DNA from: Candidatus Bathyarchaeia archaeon
Lineage (GTDB): Archaea; Thermoproteota; Bathyarchaeia; Bathyarchaeales; Bathycorpusculaceae
Reading direction: 5' to 3'
NCBI GenBank assembly: GCA_038883795.1
Contig: JAVZLK010000001.1
Location: 160,001-224,000, forward strand
Length of the DNA: 64,000 bases
The notes under the pieces are model-generated. The model was not told the origin of the DNA and did no database searches. It saw only the letters and a list, made by a program, of their open reading frames with translations. The position numbers and the translations under genes were made by a program. The first letter of the stretch is position 1; every line of letters begins with the position of its first letter. Shown here piece after piece: positions 18,836 through 28,594 of this stretch.

Positions 18836-18918
18836 TTCAATCACTAATCGTAAATTTGCTGCATACCTATAATATAAACGCATCTAAATAAAAAATTAAA
18901 ATACAAACGTAAATGTGA

Positions 18919-19515
18919 GTGTTAGAATTGAAAAAATCAATTATAATAGGTATAGATTTAGCGGGAACCCCCAAAAATCCAACGGGATGGGCTTTGTGGA
19001 AGGATAAAATGGTGAAAACGGCTTTAGTTTATACAGACGAGGAAATTCTTGAGGGTGTTTTAAGCCATGCGCCATCCATTGTGGCGATAGACGCTCCGTT
19101 AAGGCTGCCGAAAGAGGGAATTTTAAGGAAGGCAGATAAAGAAATGATAAGGCTAGGATACAGGGTTTTTCCGCCAAGCCTCCCAGCAATGAAAAAGCTA
19201 ACATTACGGGCCATAAAAATAAACAAGTTAATACTGGAAAAAAGCTATAAAATAATAGAAGTACACCCAACGTCAACCAGAAAGGCTTTGAGCATGCCCT
19301 TAAAAGAGTGGGAAAGAATTCAAATAGCCTTGCAGACTTTAGGAGTAGAAGGAGACATAAAAACTCGCCCTTTGACGTCTCATGAAATCGATGCAGTAAC
19401 AGCAGCCTTAACGGCCTATCTCCACATGCAAAACCTAACCGAAGCGATAGGAGACGCAGAAGAAGGCTTCATAATCGTTCCTAAAAAAATGGATTGGAGA
19501 ACCCTAAAAATATGA
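18919..19515 (+). CDS. DUF429 RNase H-like nuclease
   Basis: GIDLAG, AIDAPL, IEVHP, EIDAVTAA. Confidence 0.85.
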   Translation: MLELKKSIIIGIDLAGTPKNPTGWALWKDKMVKTALVYTDEEILEGVLSHAPSIVAIDAPLRLPKEGILRKADKEMIRLGYRVFPPSLPAMKKLTLRAIKINKLILEKSYKIIEVHPTSTRKALSMPLKEWERIQIALQTLGVEGDIKTRPLTSHEIDAVTAALTAYLHMQNLTEAIGDAEEGFIIVPKKMDWRTLKI

Positions 19516-21065
19516 GCCAAAATGAAAAGTTGCATAAAGCTGTGGAATTAACTATTGAGGCAGGATACCAACTTGACAAAGACGCTTTCGAATTCCTAAG
19601 CAGTTTGGCGGCAAAAGAGGACCCTACAGAAATCATAAATAAAGCCCTACAAAAAATTGGAATGATGAAAGAAAAACCGCTTTTCATTGGTAGATCCTTT
19701 CTGGAAGAATTGGTAAAAGAACAAAAACCGAAAGAGGAGGTTCTTATTCAACAAATAGAACCATCCCCAACGATACAGGAAACTGTGCCACCTTTTGGGA
19801 AAGGAAAATTCCACCCATTTGCAAAAGACATTGAAGCACGCATTAAGGTAATTGATAACCCAGCGGAAAAGTTAAGCTCAAGCGGAACGATGGAGGATTA
19901 TCTGCAATATTTTCAAGATAGATTTAAGCGCATAGAAAAATTGCTAAGGCAACGAATAGATGTTAAAAGTGCAACTTCAATAATTGAAGCCCTAAAATCT
20001 CCTCCAAACACCCGTTTAAAAGTAATTGGCATGGTCACAGAAAAGAGAGAAGCAAAACAGAAAATCTTGTTAACAGTTGAGGATTTGAATGCAAGCGCTA
20101 CAATGTTAGTGCCTCAAACCGCACCAGAAGAAGTTTTGAAAAAGGCACGTTGCCTCCTCCTTGATCAAGTTGTCTGTTTTAGTGTTGTAAAAACAAGAGG
20201 CAACCTATTAATAGTTGAAGATATAATCTTGCCAGACATAGCACAGAAAACACCTCATACGGCGCCAATTCCAGTTTACGCTGTACTCACCTCGGATATG
20301 CATGTGGGCAGCACAAAATTTCAAAAAAAGGCTTTTAACCGCTTTCTTTTATGGCTTAATGGCGAATATGGAAACGAAAAAATGAGAGAGATAGCAAGCC
20401 ACGTCAAATATATTTTAGTGGCAGGCGATATTGTGGACGGTATAGGAGTTTATCCAAACCAAGTTAAAGAATTAGCAATAAAAAATATCGATGAGCAGTA
20501 TAGGCTTGCCCAAGAATATTTTGAAAACATTCCAGAATACATCGAAGTGACGGTCATACCAGGAAACCATGATGCCCCCAGAAAAGCGCTGCCACAACCA
20601 CCCATAAAGAACCCTTTCTTGGAAACACTACAAGAAAACCGAAAATTCTATTCCCTTGGAAACCCTTGCACCATAAGCCTTCACGACGTTGAAGTTCTGT
20701 TATACCACGGTCGCAGCTTAGACGACGTCATCCCCACAGTTCCCGAAATGGATCCCAACCAGCCTGAAAAAGCAATGAAGCTATTACTACAGAGTCGCCA
20801 TTTAGCGCCCACATATGGCGAAAAAACACCCATCTCCCCTGAAAACAGAGACTGCCTAGTTATTGAGCGCGTTCCCGACATTTTCCATGCCGGTCACATA
20901 CACGCATTAGGCTATACATCTTATCGTGGAGTCTTAATTGTAAATTCAGGAGGATGGCAAGAGCAAACAGATTATATGAGAAGAATGGGCTTTGTTCCAA
21001 CGCCCGGAAAAGTTCCCGTAGTTAATCTCCAAACACTGGAGGTCAATATCCTTTCATTCTCTTAA
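19512..21065 (+). CDS. polB: DNA polymerase D small (proofreading) subunit DP1
   Basis: OB fold; SDMHVGS, GDIVDG, PGNHD, YHGRS, RHLAP, GHIH. Confidence 0.96.
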   Translation: MSQNEKLHKAVELTIEAGYQLDKDAFEFLSSLAAKEDPTEIINKALQKIGMMKEKPLFIGRSFLEELVKEQKPKEEVLIQQIEPSPTIQETVPPFGKGKFHPFAKDIEARIKVIDNPAEKLSSSGTMEDYLQYFQDRFKRIEKLLRQRIDVKSATSIIEALKSPPNTRLKVIGMVTEKREAKQKILLTVEDLNASATMLVPQTAPEEVLKKARCLLLDQVVCFSVVKTRGNLLIVEDIILPDIAQKTPHTAPIPVYAVLTSDMHVGSTKFQKKAFNRFLLWLNGEYGNEKMREIASHVKYILVAGDIVDGIGVYPNQVKELAIKNIDEQYRLAQEYFENIPEYIEVTVIPGNHDAPRKALPQPPIKNPFLETLQENRKFYSLGNPCTISLHDVEVLLYHGRSLDDVIPTVPEMDPNQPEKAMKLLLQSRHLAPTYGEKTPISPENRDCLVIERVPDIFHAGHIHALGYTSYRGVLIVNSGGWQEQTDYMRRMGFVPTPGKVPVVNLQTLEVNILSFS

Positions 21066-21595
21066 GATAAACCACGTGCAATCAACCGTGCAACCCGAAG
21101 GGGTTCGGGAATTCTGCCAAAAAGGCGCAAAGAACGCACAAAGCTAGAAGCCCACCTAACATTTGTGCCCACCGTTTCCATATACAATGGAGCTTCGCCT
21201 TTCTTGATGTGGATTTTATAAACTGGGCCAAGCCTTTGAAACACTCCCCAGCGCGCCTCCCAATCTTTAAAATGTCTTTTGAGGGCACGTTTTACCGCTT
21301 TGTTATTTGGTTTTGTTTGCGCTATTATGAGAAGGGGCTTTCTGAATTTTTCGTGAATCAGCATTGGATCGATAAGGTTGAAACCAGCATAAGATACACC
21401 AGCTAACAGAATGGCATCGAATTCCCAATCCTCTAGGATTTCGGCAAGCTTTTCCGTCGCGTCTAATCCATCAACCGTTATTTTTGTGACTTTCACGTTT
21501 TCAATGGTAAATTGTCTTAGCAAAACTATGGCGAGAAGAGTTTCGCGGGTTACTCCTTTCTGGAAACTTCCGTCTTCAACCCCCACGGTTAGCAT
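21062..21595 (-). CDS. DUF99 family endonuclease (EndoV-like)
   Basis: GVEDGSF, ITVDGLDAT, GVSYAGFN, PEPLRVA; ATG overlaps cdc6 3' end. Confidence 0.85.
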   Translation of the reverse strand: MLTVGVEDGSFQKGVTRETLLAIVLLRQFTIENVKVTKITVDGLDATEKLAEILEDWEFDAILLAGVSYAGFNLIDPMLIHEKFRKPLLIIAQTKPNNKAVKRALKRHFKDWEARWGVFQRLGPVYKIHIKKGEAPLYMETVGTNVRWASSFVRSLRLFGRIPEPLRVARLIARGLS

Positions 21596-22820
21596 GTTTT
21601 GAAAGGCTTTTTGTTTCATATTCCACCAGACGCCCAAGTCTAGGGTCATTAGCGAAAACGTCTCTAATAAGAGTGCGCGCTATTTCTAGCCTAATTTTTT
21701 TCGTTCTTCCATACCGTCCCATGCTTATAACCTTAGCATTCACAAGCCCCATAGAATCTAGCTCATTCACCAAAGTGCTCAGCCGCCGTTGTGTTAAAGG
21801 GGTAACGCCCACTTCTCCACAAAGTTCCGCATACACATCATATATCTCGCCTGTAATGGCGCTATGAATGTTCGCCCTATTCAAATGATATACGCTCAAG
21901 ATCACAAGCTTTGAATGCAAAGTTAAATTCCGTAAGGCCTCGACAACTCGGTTGTGTTCAATGTGTTTTTCAGCTTCTCGAACATGCTCTTCAGCTACAA
22001 AACTTGCTCCCTTCCGTTCGGCAACCTCCCCAGCAACACGCAACAAATCTAAGGCTCGCCGCGCATCACCATGTTCTGCAGCTGCCAAAGCAGCGCAAAG
22101 GCTTATAGCTGCTTCAGATAAAGCGCCGTCGTGAAAGGCTAGTTTAGCCCGTTCCAACAAAATGTTTCCCAATTCACTAGCATCGTAGGGCCTAAAAACA
22201 ATTTCTTCCTCGCTTAAGGAACTAAAAACTCTTGGGTCCAGAAACTCTTTCAGGCGAAGATCATTTGATATACCCACAATGGACGCTTTACTATTACGCA
22301 AATTTTCATTTATTCTTGTCAACTCATAAAGGAGATTATCTCCGCGTACTTTTACTAGAGCGTCAATTTCATCTAAAGCGACAATAAAAACAATTTTTAA
22401 AACATCTAAACCAGCTTTAAATCTATCAAAGACTTCACCGACAGATAAACCAGTAAACGGAACATGCACACCTATACTTTGGCATAATCCAGAAAAAACG
22501 CGGTATTCAGAGCCAGCCATGCGACAGTTTACATAACAGAATTTGACAGGAGCGTTAAACTCCTTAGCTTTTTCCTCTAAATGACTTAAAACATATTTTG
22601 TTACCGCCGTCTTGCCTGTACCAGTTTTTCCATATATAAAAACGTTGGAGCATCTAGACCCTTTAAGAACTGGGGCAACTGTTTCCCCGAGTCGTGTAAT
22701 TTGTTCTTCTCTATGAGGAAGTTTATCAGGTAAGTAATCATGCCGCAAGACCTCTCTGTTTTTGAAGATTTTATTATTTGAAATAAATTTCTCGAACACG
22801 TCGTCAAGGATGTTGCTCAT
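21576..22820 (-). CDS. cdc6: Orc1/Cdc6 replication initiator
   Basis: LPHRE, GKTGTGKT, LDEID, GDARRALDLL, C-terminal wHTH with GRYGRT wing. Confidence 0.98.
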   Translation of the reverse strand: MSNILDDVFEKFISNNKIFKNREVLRHDYLPDKLPHREEQITRLGETVAPVLKGSRCSNVFIYGKTGTGKTAVTKYVLSHLEEKAKEFNAPVKFCYVNCRMAGSEYRVFSGLCQSIGVHVPFTGLSVGEVFDRFKAGLDVLKIVFIVALDEIDALVKVRGDNLLYELTRINENLRNSKASIVGISNDLRLKEFLDPRVFSSLSEEEIVFRPYDASELGNILLERAKLAFHDGALSEAAISLCAALAAAEHGDARRALDLLRVAGEVAERKGASFVAEEHVREAEKHIEHNRVVEALRNLTLHSKLVILSVYHLNRANIHSAITGEIYDVYAELCGEVGVTPLTQRRLSTLVNELDSMGLVNAKVISMGRYGRTKKIRLEIARTLIRDVFANDPRLGRLVEYETKSLSKHANRGG

Positions 22821-22847
22821 GCGAGCCCCTCGGTAACTTTAGTGGTA

Positions 22848-23382
22848 AAACCCCTATTTCCGGTAGAAAAATAAGCTCTACCATACAAAAAACTAAATGT
22901 TCAACACAAAAATCCTAAAACAAAACTTTGCACATTTACTTGCAGTTTTGGTTAATGAAACACACACCCCACAATTTCTTTTGGAACTCTGTAAGTTTCA
23001 GAATAACTTTTGAGATTCCTGTTAGCTAGGAATATACTCTGAAAGGTTAGAGGACATCATTTTACTATAATACTTATTGTAAAAGTTTTTTGACAAACAC
23101 TAAAAACATAATTTACAACAAAAATGTGTAAAAGGAAATTTTTCCACAAGAAATGAAGGGGTGCCGCTAAAACAAAAATGAACAACAGCTAATACTAAAT
23201 TTCATATTATATTACCTAATTTTCACTTTCGCACTTTAATGCGCCTCTCGCTAAGTTCACAATTTGTAAAGATCTTGTGAAATTAACTTAATAACGCCTC
23301 TTTTTCGACTCCACTTTTCTAAATATTTACTTTTTCTTGCTTCTTTTATGTGAACCGGCCACCCCTTCACTTCCGGTGGAAA
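22848..23382. other. replication origin oriC with 4 ORB elements and AT-rich DUE
   Basis: TTCTACCGGAAATAGGGG (-,22851-22868), TTCCAAAAGAAATTGTGGGG (-,22967-22986), TTCCACAAGAAATGAAGGGGT (+,23142-23162), TTCCACCGGAAGTGAAGGGGT (-,23361-23381); the last two face each other across an AT-rich ~200 bp; upstream of cdc6. Confidence 0.92.
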
Positions 23383-23555
23383 TAGACATTATTCCATGTT
23401 TTTATTTCTAATTCTCTTCTAGAGAATATGTGAAGTCAGTAAAGTCAAAAACGTTAAAATTTTTCCTTCTTTTTTCTTTTCCTCTATTTAATACACTTTT
23501 TCATTTTTTCTGATCTACCATAACAGCTATAACTTGTGAAGTGTAAATTGTGAAA
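23256..23555. repeat. TGTGAA/TGTAAA short repeat set
   Basis: TTCACA 23256; TGTGAA at 23276, 23349, 23429, 23535, 23549; tandem TGTGAAG-TGTAAAT-TGTGAAA 23535-23555. Confidence 0.6.
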
Positions 23556-23574
23556 CACCTATGGTGCTTCGCTG

Positions 23575-24006
23575 ATGCCAGCTAAAAAAATGCGTGTAGA
23601 GCTCTACGATGGCGAGGGCAATAAATATACGGTGTCCTTTGAAGGTCAAATAACTAGGGAAAAGGCTCTCCGCCTATTGGATATGGTAGAGCTTTTGGGT
23701 GGGGTATCAGCAAGTGAAGGAAACCCAGGGACACCTATCCCTGTGACGTCCGACCAGTTAAATAAGTATAGCAAAGTTCGTATGCTAATTCAGAAACATT
23801 TTCCGTTAGTTTGGTTTTCTTCTCGGGATGTTCAGTTAGTTTATGAGCAAGAATTAAAGGAGCCTATAAGTCTTAGCACTGTTGCAACATACCTTTATAG
23901 AATGGCAAGCAAAGGGATGCTTGCTAAAGCTGGGGCCTCTAATCGTTTGAAATACAAGTTGATGCCCACTTATCCGCAAATATTGCCTAAACAGCAGACA
24001 CCATGA
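23575..24006 (+). CDS. hypothetical protein, small N-terminal domain + winged-helix
   Basis: FSSRDVQLVYEQELKEPISLSTVATYLYRMASKGML wHTH. Confidence 0.85.
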   Translation: MPAKKMRVELYDGEGNKYTVSFEGQITREKALRLLDMVELLGGVSASEGNPGTPIPVTSDQLNKYSKVRMLIQKHFPLVWFSSRDVQLVYEQELKEPISLSTVATYLYRMASKGMLAKAGASNRLKYKLMPTYPQILPKQQTP

Positions 24007-24013
24007 TACCCCT

Positions 24014-24733
24014 TTATTTGGCTTCTGTTTCCTTCTTTTTTAGAATGTTTTCCATTTCCTTCTTCACGTTATATTTGAATGGAATTTTGCTTGTATCCCT
24101 CTCCAAGTACCCTCCTTCGTAAAGCTTCTTCATCAACCGCGCTGTATGTTCTCGGCTGAGCTTGATGCGCTCTTTTATTTCAGGCGCGGTTTTAGGGCCT
24201 TCAGAAGCCAACATTTCCAGAACAGCCAATTCTGTTTCTGTGAGAGGGGCTAAGGCCTTTTCTCTTTTTATGGGTATTACCGCCTCAATTTTTGCCTCGG
24301 GAACCATAGAAAACTGTCGAGTTTGCTCCTCAACTTCCGAGACCTTCGAATTTAACTTTTCAAATGCCGCAGAAAGAGCACTTACTCTTTCATCAACTTC
24401 ACCAAGTCTTTTTGAAATTTCCTCTTTATGTTCTAGAACTTTACTTACTTTTTCCTCTAAAGATTGAACCCTCTTAGAAGTTTCTTCCGTTTTGTTTAAT
24501 GCTCTTTCACTTTTTGAGGAAAGGGCTTCAACTTTATAAACCACCAACTCCATCCTTTCAGCTTCGCGCTTTAACTCTTTATTAAAGCTCACTACAATGT
24601 CGCCAATGATTTCCCTTGCCTTTTCATATTCTTTCCGCACCTTTTGCACCTGTCTATAGTACTCAACAGCAGCCCATACAGTTATGACAACCAAACTTCC
24701 AACAAGAATCAAAGGCGTATCCAAATGGAACAC
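24014..24733 (-). CDS. TM-anchored coiled-coil + C-terminal winged-helix protein
   Basis: TM ~res 7-24; heptad region ~25-140; LTETELAVLEML..EGPKTAPEI...LSREHTARLMKKLYEGGYLER. Confidence 0.87.
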   Translation of the reverse strand: MFHLDTPLILVGSLVVITVWAAVEYYRQVQKVRKEYEKAREIIGDIVVSFNKELKREAERMELVVYKVEALSSKSERALNKTEETSKRVQSLEEKVSKVLEHKEEISKRLGEVDERVSALSAAFEKLNSKVSEVEEQTRQFSMVPEAKIEAVIPIKREKALAPLTETELAVLEMLASEGPKTAPEIKERIKLSREHTARLMKKLYEGGYLERDTSKIPFKYNVKKEMENILKKKETEAK

Positions 24734-24739
24734 CTCACT

Positions 24740-25009
24740 TGTGATTTATATGTGATTACGCATAATCCAAGCATGTTACATCACACATCACAGTTTTTAA
24801 CATAAAAGATTTAAAGATTACGGTCAAATCGGAACTATAAGATTCGATGACATCACACATCACAATAATCGAGGCAAACACTTGATACTAAATGATACAT
24901 TAAAAGTCAGCTTTTTAGGAGTTCTTGATTTTTCCGCCCTAATTTGCGCCCCAATTAGCATAGTGAATTAAAGAGTACTTTTCCCTTGCATGTGACTTGT
25001 GATGTCACA
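24740..25009. repeat. TGTGAT/ATCACA heptamer array
   Basis: TGTGAT 24740, 24751, 24998; ACATCACACATCACA at 24778-24792 and 24850-24864; TGTGAC 24991, GTCACA 25004. Confidence 0.75.
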
Positions 25010-25484
25010 TAAAGCCCTCAGCGGGGTTTGAAAGCTTTTTTAAACTGTTTTCAAGCTCTTCCCTAACCATCTTAATGAGTTTTAAATGTTCATCAAGTTC
25101 GCTGCCCTTGTTTGGTATATCCTTGTATGCTTCCATAAACTCGTGTAATTTGTTTGCTATTTCGAGATATGGATCGAGCGTTGTGTCTTCAAACACTCCT
25201 AAGTATCCTAGGAGCAGTATGGTGTAGATTGATTTTATGACGTTTTCTTTTGCTTGTTTTAAGGTTCTGTTAAAGGCTCCGCGGCTTATTTTTGCCTTTG
25301 ATAGCCTTAATCTGGCTTTTTCGTCGTATTTTAGTTGTTTGCCTGAAATATTCTCGGCTAATATGTCAATAAGCAATGTTTCAAGCTGAGTTTTTGTTAA
25401 GTGACTGTTTTTGGCGAGCGTTCTCACAATAGGGTCGTTTAATGCGTTTGTTAACCAGGCTTGGACATTTTCTTTAAGCTTCAA
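25005..25484 (-). CDS. hypothetical HTH DNA-binding protein (HTH_10/sigma-r4-like)
   Basis: LTKTQLETL...EKARL...ISRGAFNRTLKQA pattern. Confidence 0.75.
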   Translation of the reverse strand: MKLKENVQAWLTNALNDPIVRTLAKNSHLTKTQLETLLIDILAENISGKQLKYDEKARLRLSKAKISRGAFNRTLKQAKENVIKSIYTILLLGYLGVFEDTTLDPYLEIANKLHEFMEAYKDIPNKGSELDEHLKLIKMVREELENSLKKLSNPAEGFM

Positions 25485-25627
25485 GCTTTTCTCTCCACAG
25501 ACTTGCTGGATGGATACACTTTTGTATACAATTATTATTTTAACTTATCGAGTGCTATGATGAAAAGTATGCTTTGCTAACACAAACATTTTATGTTAAA
25601 GGAAATAGTGTAGGATGAGGATGTCCT

Positions 25628-26800
25628 TTGAATTTAAACTTTAAGCCCGCAGATCGCCTAAAAGGCATAAAATATTCTGGAATACGCCGCTTTTTTGAAA
25701 TAGCCCAAAAAATGCCAAATGTTATCAATTTGAGCGTCGGTGAACCCGATTTTGCGCCGCCAAAGCACGCTTTAGATGCCGGTTGGCAAGCCATGAAAGA
25801 AGGTAAAACCCATTATACACCAACTAATGGGATTCCTGAGCTTAGAGAGGCTTTAGCGCGGAAAGCCTATCAAGACTATGGTCTCCAATACGATTCAAAC
25901 GCTGAAATACTTGTTACTGTAGGCGGGACTGAGGCTATTTCTTTGGCCGTTGCTGGGCTGGTGAATCCCGGTGATGAAGTGCTGATTCCAAACCCCGGAT
26001 TTGTTTGTTATGAACCAAGTGTTCTCTTGGCAGGCGGTGTTCCTGTTTATGTTCCTTTGCGGGAGGAAAATTCTTTCAAACCGTCTGTTGAGGATGTGAT
26101 ATCGCGTATCACGAAAAGGTCACGTGTGATGATACTAAACTATCCTAACAACCCTACGGGTGCTGTTCTTTCTCATGATGAAGCAGCCACTTTGGCGAAA
26201 ATTGCTGTAGAGCATGATCTGCTTGTGATTTCAGATGAGGTTTATGAGAAAATAGTTTATGATGACGCTAAACATAGTTGCTTTGCGGCTTTTCCTGGAA
26301 TGCGAGAACGCACTCTCGTCATTAACTCTTTCTCTAAAACTTATGCCATGACGGGTTTGCGTGTTGGGTACATTTATGGACCAAAAGAGCTTATTTTTTT
26401 TCTTTGGCTCGTTCATCAGTATACTGTTGCCTGTGTAGATAGTCTCGCACAACATATCGCCTTAGCAGCATTGAAAGGTTCACAAGACTTTGTTAAAAAT
26501 ATGGTGCAAGAGTTTGATAGGCGAAGACAATTAGTGCATAAAAGGCTTATGGAAATTGAGGGTTTTAATTGTAGTCTCCCCAAAGGCGCTTTTTATGTTT
26601 TCCCAAACATAAAAGCCTTTGGCATGAGTTCAGAGGAGTTTGCTGAGTTCCTTGTGAAAGAAGCGGGCGTTGTGACTGTTCCAGGGTCTGCATTCGGCGT
26701 TCATGGTGAAGGACATATAAGAATTTCCTATGCTGCGGCGTATGAAAAATTAGAAGAAGCATTAAACCGTATAGAAAGAGCTGTTAAAAAGATTAAGTAA
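25628..26800 (+). CDS. class I/II PLP aminotransferase (aspartate/aromatic)
   Basis: GEPDF, PNNPTG, DEVY, SFSKTYAMTGLRVG. Confidence 0.93.
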   Translation: MNLNFKPADRLKGIKYSGIRRFFEIAQKMPNVINLSVGEPDFAPPKHALDAGWQAMKEGKTHYTPTNGIPELREALARKAYQDYGLQYDSNAEILVTVGGTEAISLAVAGLVNPGDEVLIPNPGFVCYEPSVLLAGGVPVYVPLREENSFKPSVEDVISRITKRSRVMILNYPNNPTGAVLSHDEAATLAKIAVEHDLLVISDEVYEKIVYDDAKHSCFAAFPGMRERTLVINSFSKTYAMTGLRVGYIYGPKELIFFLWLVHQYTVACVDSLAQHIALAALKGSQDFVKNMVQEFDRRRQLVHKRLMEIEGFNCSLPKGAFYVFPNIKAFGMSSEEFAEFLVKEAGVVTVPGSAFGVHGEGHIRISYAAAYEKLEEALNRIERAVKKIK

Positions 26801-26806
26801 ACTCTT

Positions 26807-27640
26807 TTATAACTCCTCTGTATGCCTTTTTAATTCGTCGAAAAGTTCCGGACGTAAATCCCTTAATGTAGGAACAAAAGTTTCCACGGGCTTTATGTTT
26901 GCATAATCCACATCACACATCACAAGGTCCTCTTCATCATATTTTGCTTGGGCTAAAACTTTTCCATTAGGCCCCACAAGTCGGCTTCCTCCCCAAAACT
27001 GCAAGCCATCTTCTATTCCTACAAGATTAACATAAGCTAGAAAAGCCGTGTTCTCCATGGCTCTAGCTATGGTTAGCGCCTCAAAAAATGCTTTTCTGAT
27101 TGCTGGGGATGCAGAAATGCAGACTATTAATTGGGCCCCTTTTAGCCTTATTAAGCGGCTTACTTCTGGGAAAAATATGTCGTAACATATGATTAAGCCT
27201 ATTTTTCCAATTTTTGTTTCAAAGGCTGTTGCGTGATATCCATGGCGGAAATACCTTTTTTCTTCAAAGACGCTGTGAGTTGGAAGATACATTTTTCGGT
27301 ATTTTCCTATGAAGCCTTCCGGGCCTATGAGGACCGCCGCATTATAAAGGGTAGCTTTAGTTTTTTCGCTTAATTCCGGCATTCCAAAAACGATATAGGA
27401 GTTTGTTTTCTTGGCTATGTCTTCTAAGGCTTTAACCGAAGGCCCCGGTATTGTTTCTGCTAACTCATATAATTGGTCTCTAACAGTGTAGCCTGTTAAC
27501 GAAAGTTCTGGAAAAATTGTAAGGTTTGCACCCTGTTTTTTAGTTTTGTTTACAATAGCCTCCATTTTCTTTATGTTTGCTGCTTTGTCTCCGCGTTTGC
27601 AGCTGATTTGCGCTAAGGCCAATTTAATTTTATTTTCCAT
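26807..27640 (-). CDS. nitrilase-superfamily C-N hydrolase (putative glutaminase partner of NadE)
   Basis: FPEL, YRK, ICYD catalytic triad; 13 nt downstream of nadE. Confidence 0.88.
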   Translation of the reverse strand: MENKIKLALAQISCKRGDKAANIKKMEAIVNKTKKQGANLTIFPELSLTGYTVRDQLYELAETIPGPSVKALEDIAKKTNSYIVFGMPELSEKTKATLYNAAVLIGPEGFIGKYRKMYLPTHSVFEEKRYFRHGYHATAFETKIGKIGLIICYDIFFPEVSRLIRLKGAQLIVCISASPAIRKAFFEALTIARAMENTAFLAYVNLVGIEDGLQFWGGSRLVGPNGKVLAQAKYDEEDLVMCDVDYANIKPVETFVPTLRDLRPELFDELKRHTEEL

Positions 27641-27653
27641 TTATTATCCTCCA

Positions 27654-28496
27654 TTAATAGTAAGTGCGGGGGAGTCTGAAATCAGCTCCGACCGTGCGAT
27701 ACTCAAGCTTAGTTGTTAATAACATTCTTCTTTTATGTTCCATGGAAAGCCACCGATTTTTTATTCTCTCCACAAGTGCTTTTTCAACGCCTAATTGCTG
27801 GGCTATGTCTTTCGTTTCCATAAAATGTTCAAGTCCATAAAGAATAAGGTCTAGGGTGTCATATTTTATGCCAAGCTCTGTTTCTGCTAACTGCCCAGGC
27901 CATAGGGCTGGGGAGGGTGGTTTTGCCAAAATTTCTTCTGGAATTCCAATGTGTTTTGCGAGTTTTCGAACTTGCGTCTTGTATAAGTCCATTATTGGTG
28001 ATATGTCGGCGGCTACGTCGCCCCATTTTGTGAAGTAGCCCATCATAGTTTCTGATTTGTCTGAACTGCCGCACACAAGCATGTTATTCCTATTGGCGAA
28101 GTAATAAATGTAAATCATTCTGGTTCTGGCCTTTATGTTGCCCTTACACACTTTATCATTCGGGTCAAAATTTGGTATTGATCTATAGAACGCTTCTAAC
28201 GTTGTGGTGATATCTACAATTTTTGTTTTGAAACCAAATTTTTTAGCCACGAGTTTAGCGTGTTCAATGTCCTTTTCGTTGTATGTTTCCTTTTCTGGTA
28301 ACATGAGCCCTAACACTTTTTCGCCGCCGATGGCTAGAGCAGAAAGAGCAGCAACGGTGGAGCTGTCTATGCCTCCGGATAAGCCCAAAACTACGCCCTT
28401 CGCATTGGATTTTTCCACGTAATCTTTAATGAAACGCTTTATTTTCGTTTCTACCTCTTTAAAGTCCAATTCTAGAACTGAGGGCTTTAATTCCAA
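27654..28496 (-). CDS. nadE: NAD+ synthetase (single-domain)
   Basis: GLSGGIDS, GNIKARTRM, GYFTKWGD, LYKTQV, PSPALW. Confidence 0.96.
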   Translation of the reverse strand: MELKPSVLELDFKEVETKIKRFIKDYVEKSNAKGVVLGLSGGIDSSTVAALSALAIGGEKVLGLMLPEKETYNEKDIEHAKLVAKKFGFKTKIVDITTTLEAFYRSIPNFDPNDKVCKGNIKARTRMIYIYYFANRNNMLVCGSSDKSETMMGYFTKWGDVAADISPIMDLYKTQVRKLAKHIGIPEEILAKPPSPALWPGQLAETELGIKYDTLDLILYGLEHFMETKDIAQQLGVEKALVERIKNRWLSMEHKRRMLLTTKLEYRTVGADFRLPRTYY

Positions 28497-28594
28497 ATGG
28501 ATGCATCCTCATTATTTTGTGGTTATAAGCGTATTTAAGGACAAAAATAAAATACTGGGGTGATGTAAGCTTTACGGTATAGAAGGATTCGAAT

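Noticed and set aside
24740-25009. Repeats considered as a CRISPR array
   Set aside because: Units of 7-15 bp, irregular spacing, no cas genes in window
25557-25627. Perfect C box ATGATGA upstream of the aminotransferase
   Set aside because: No matching CTGA D box or terminal stem at a suitable distance
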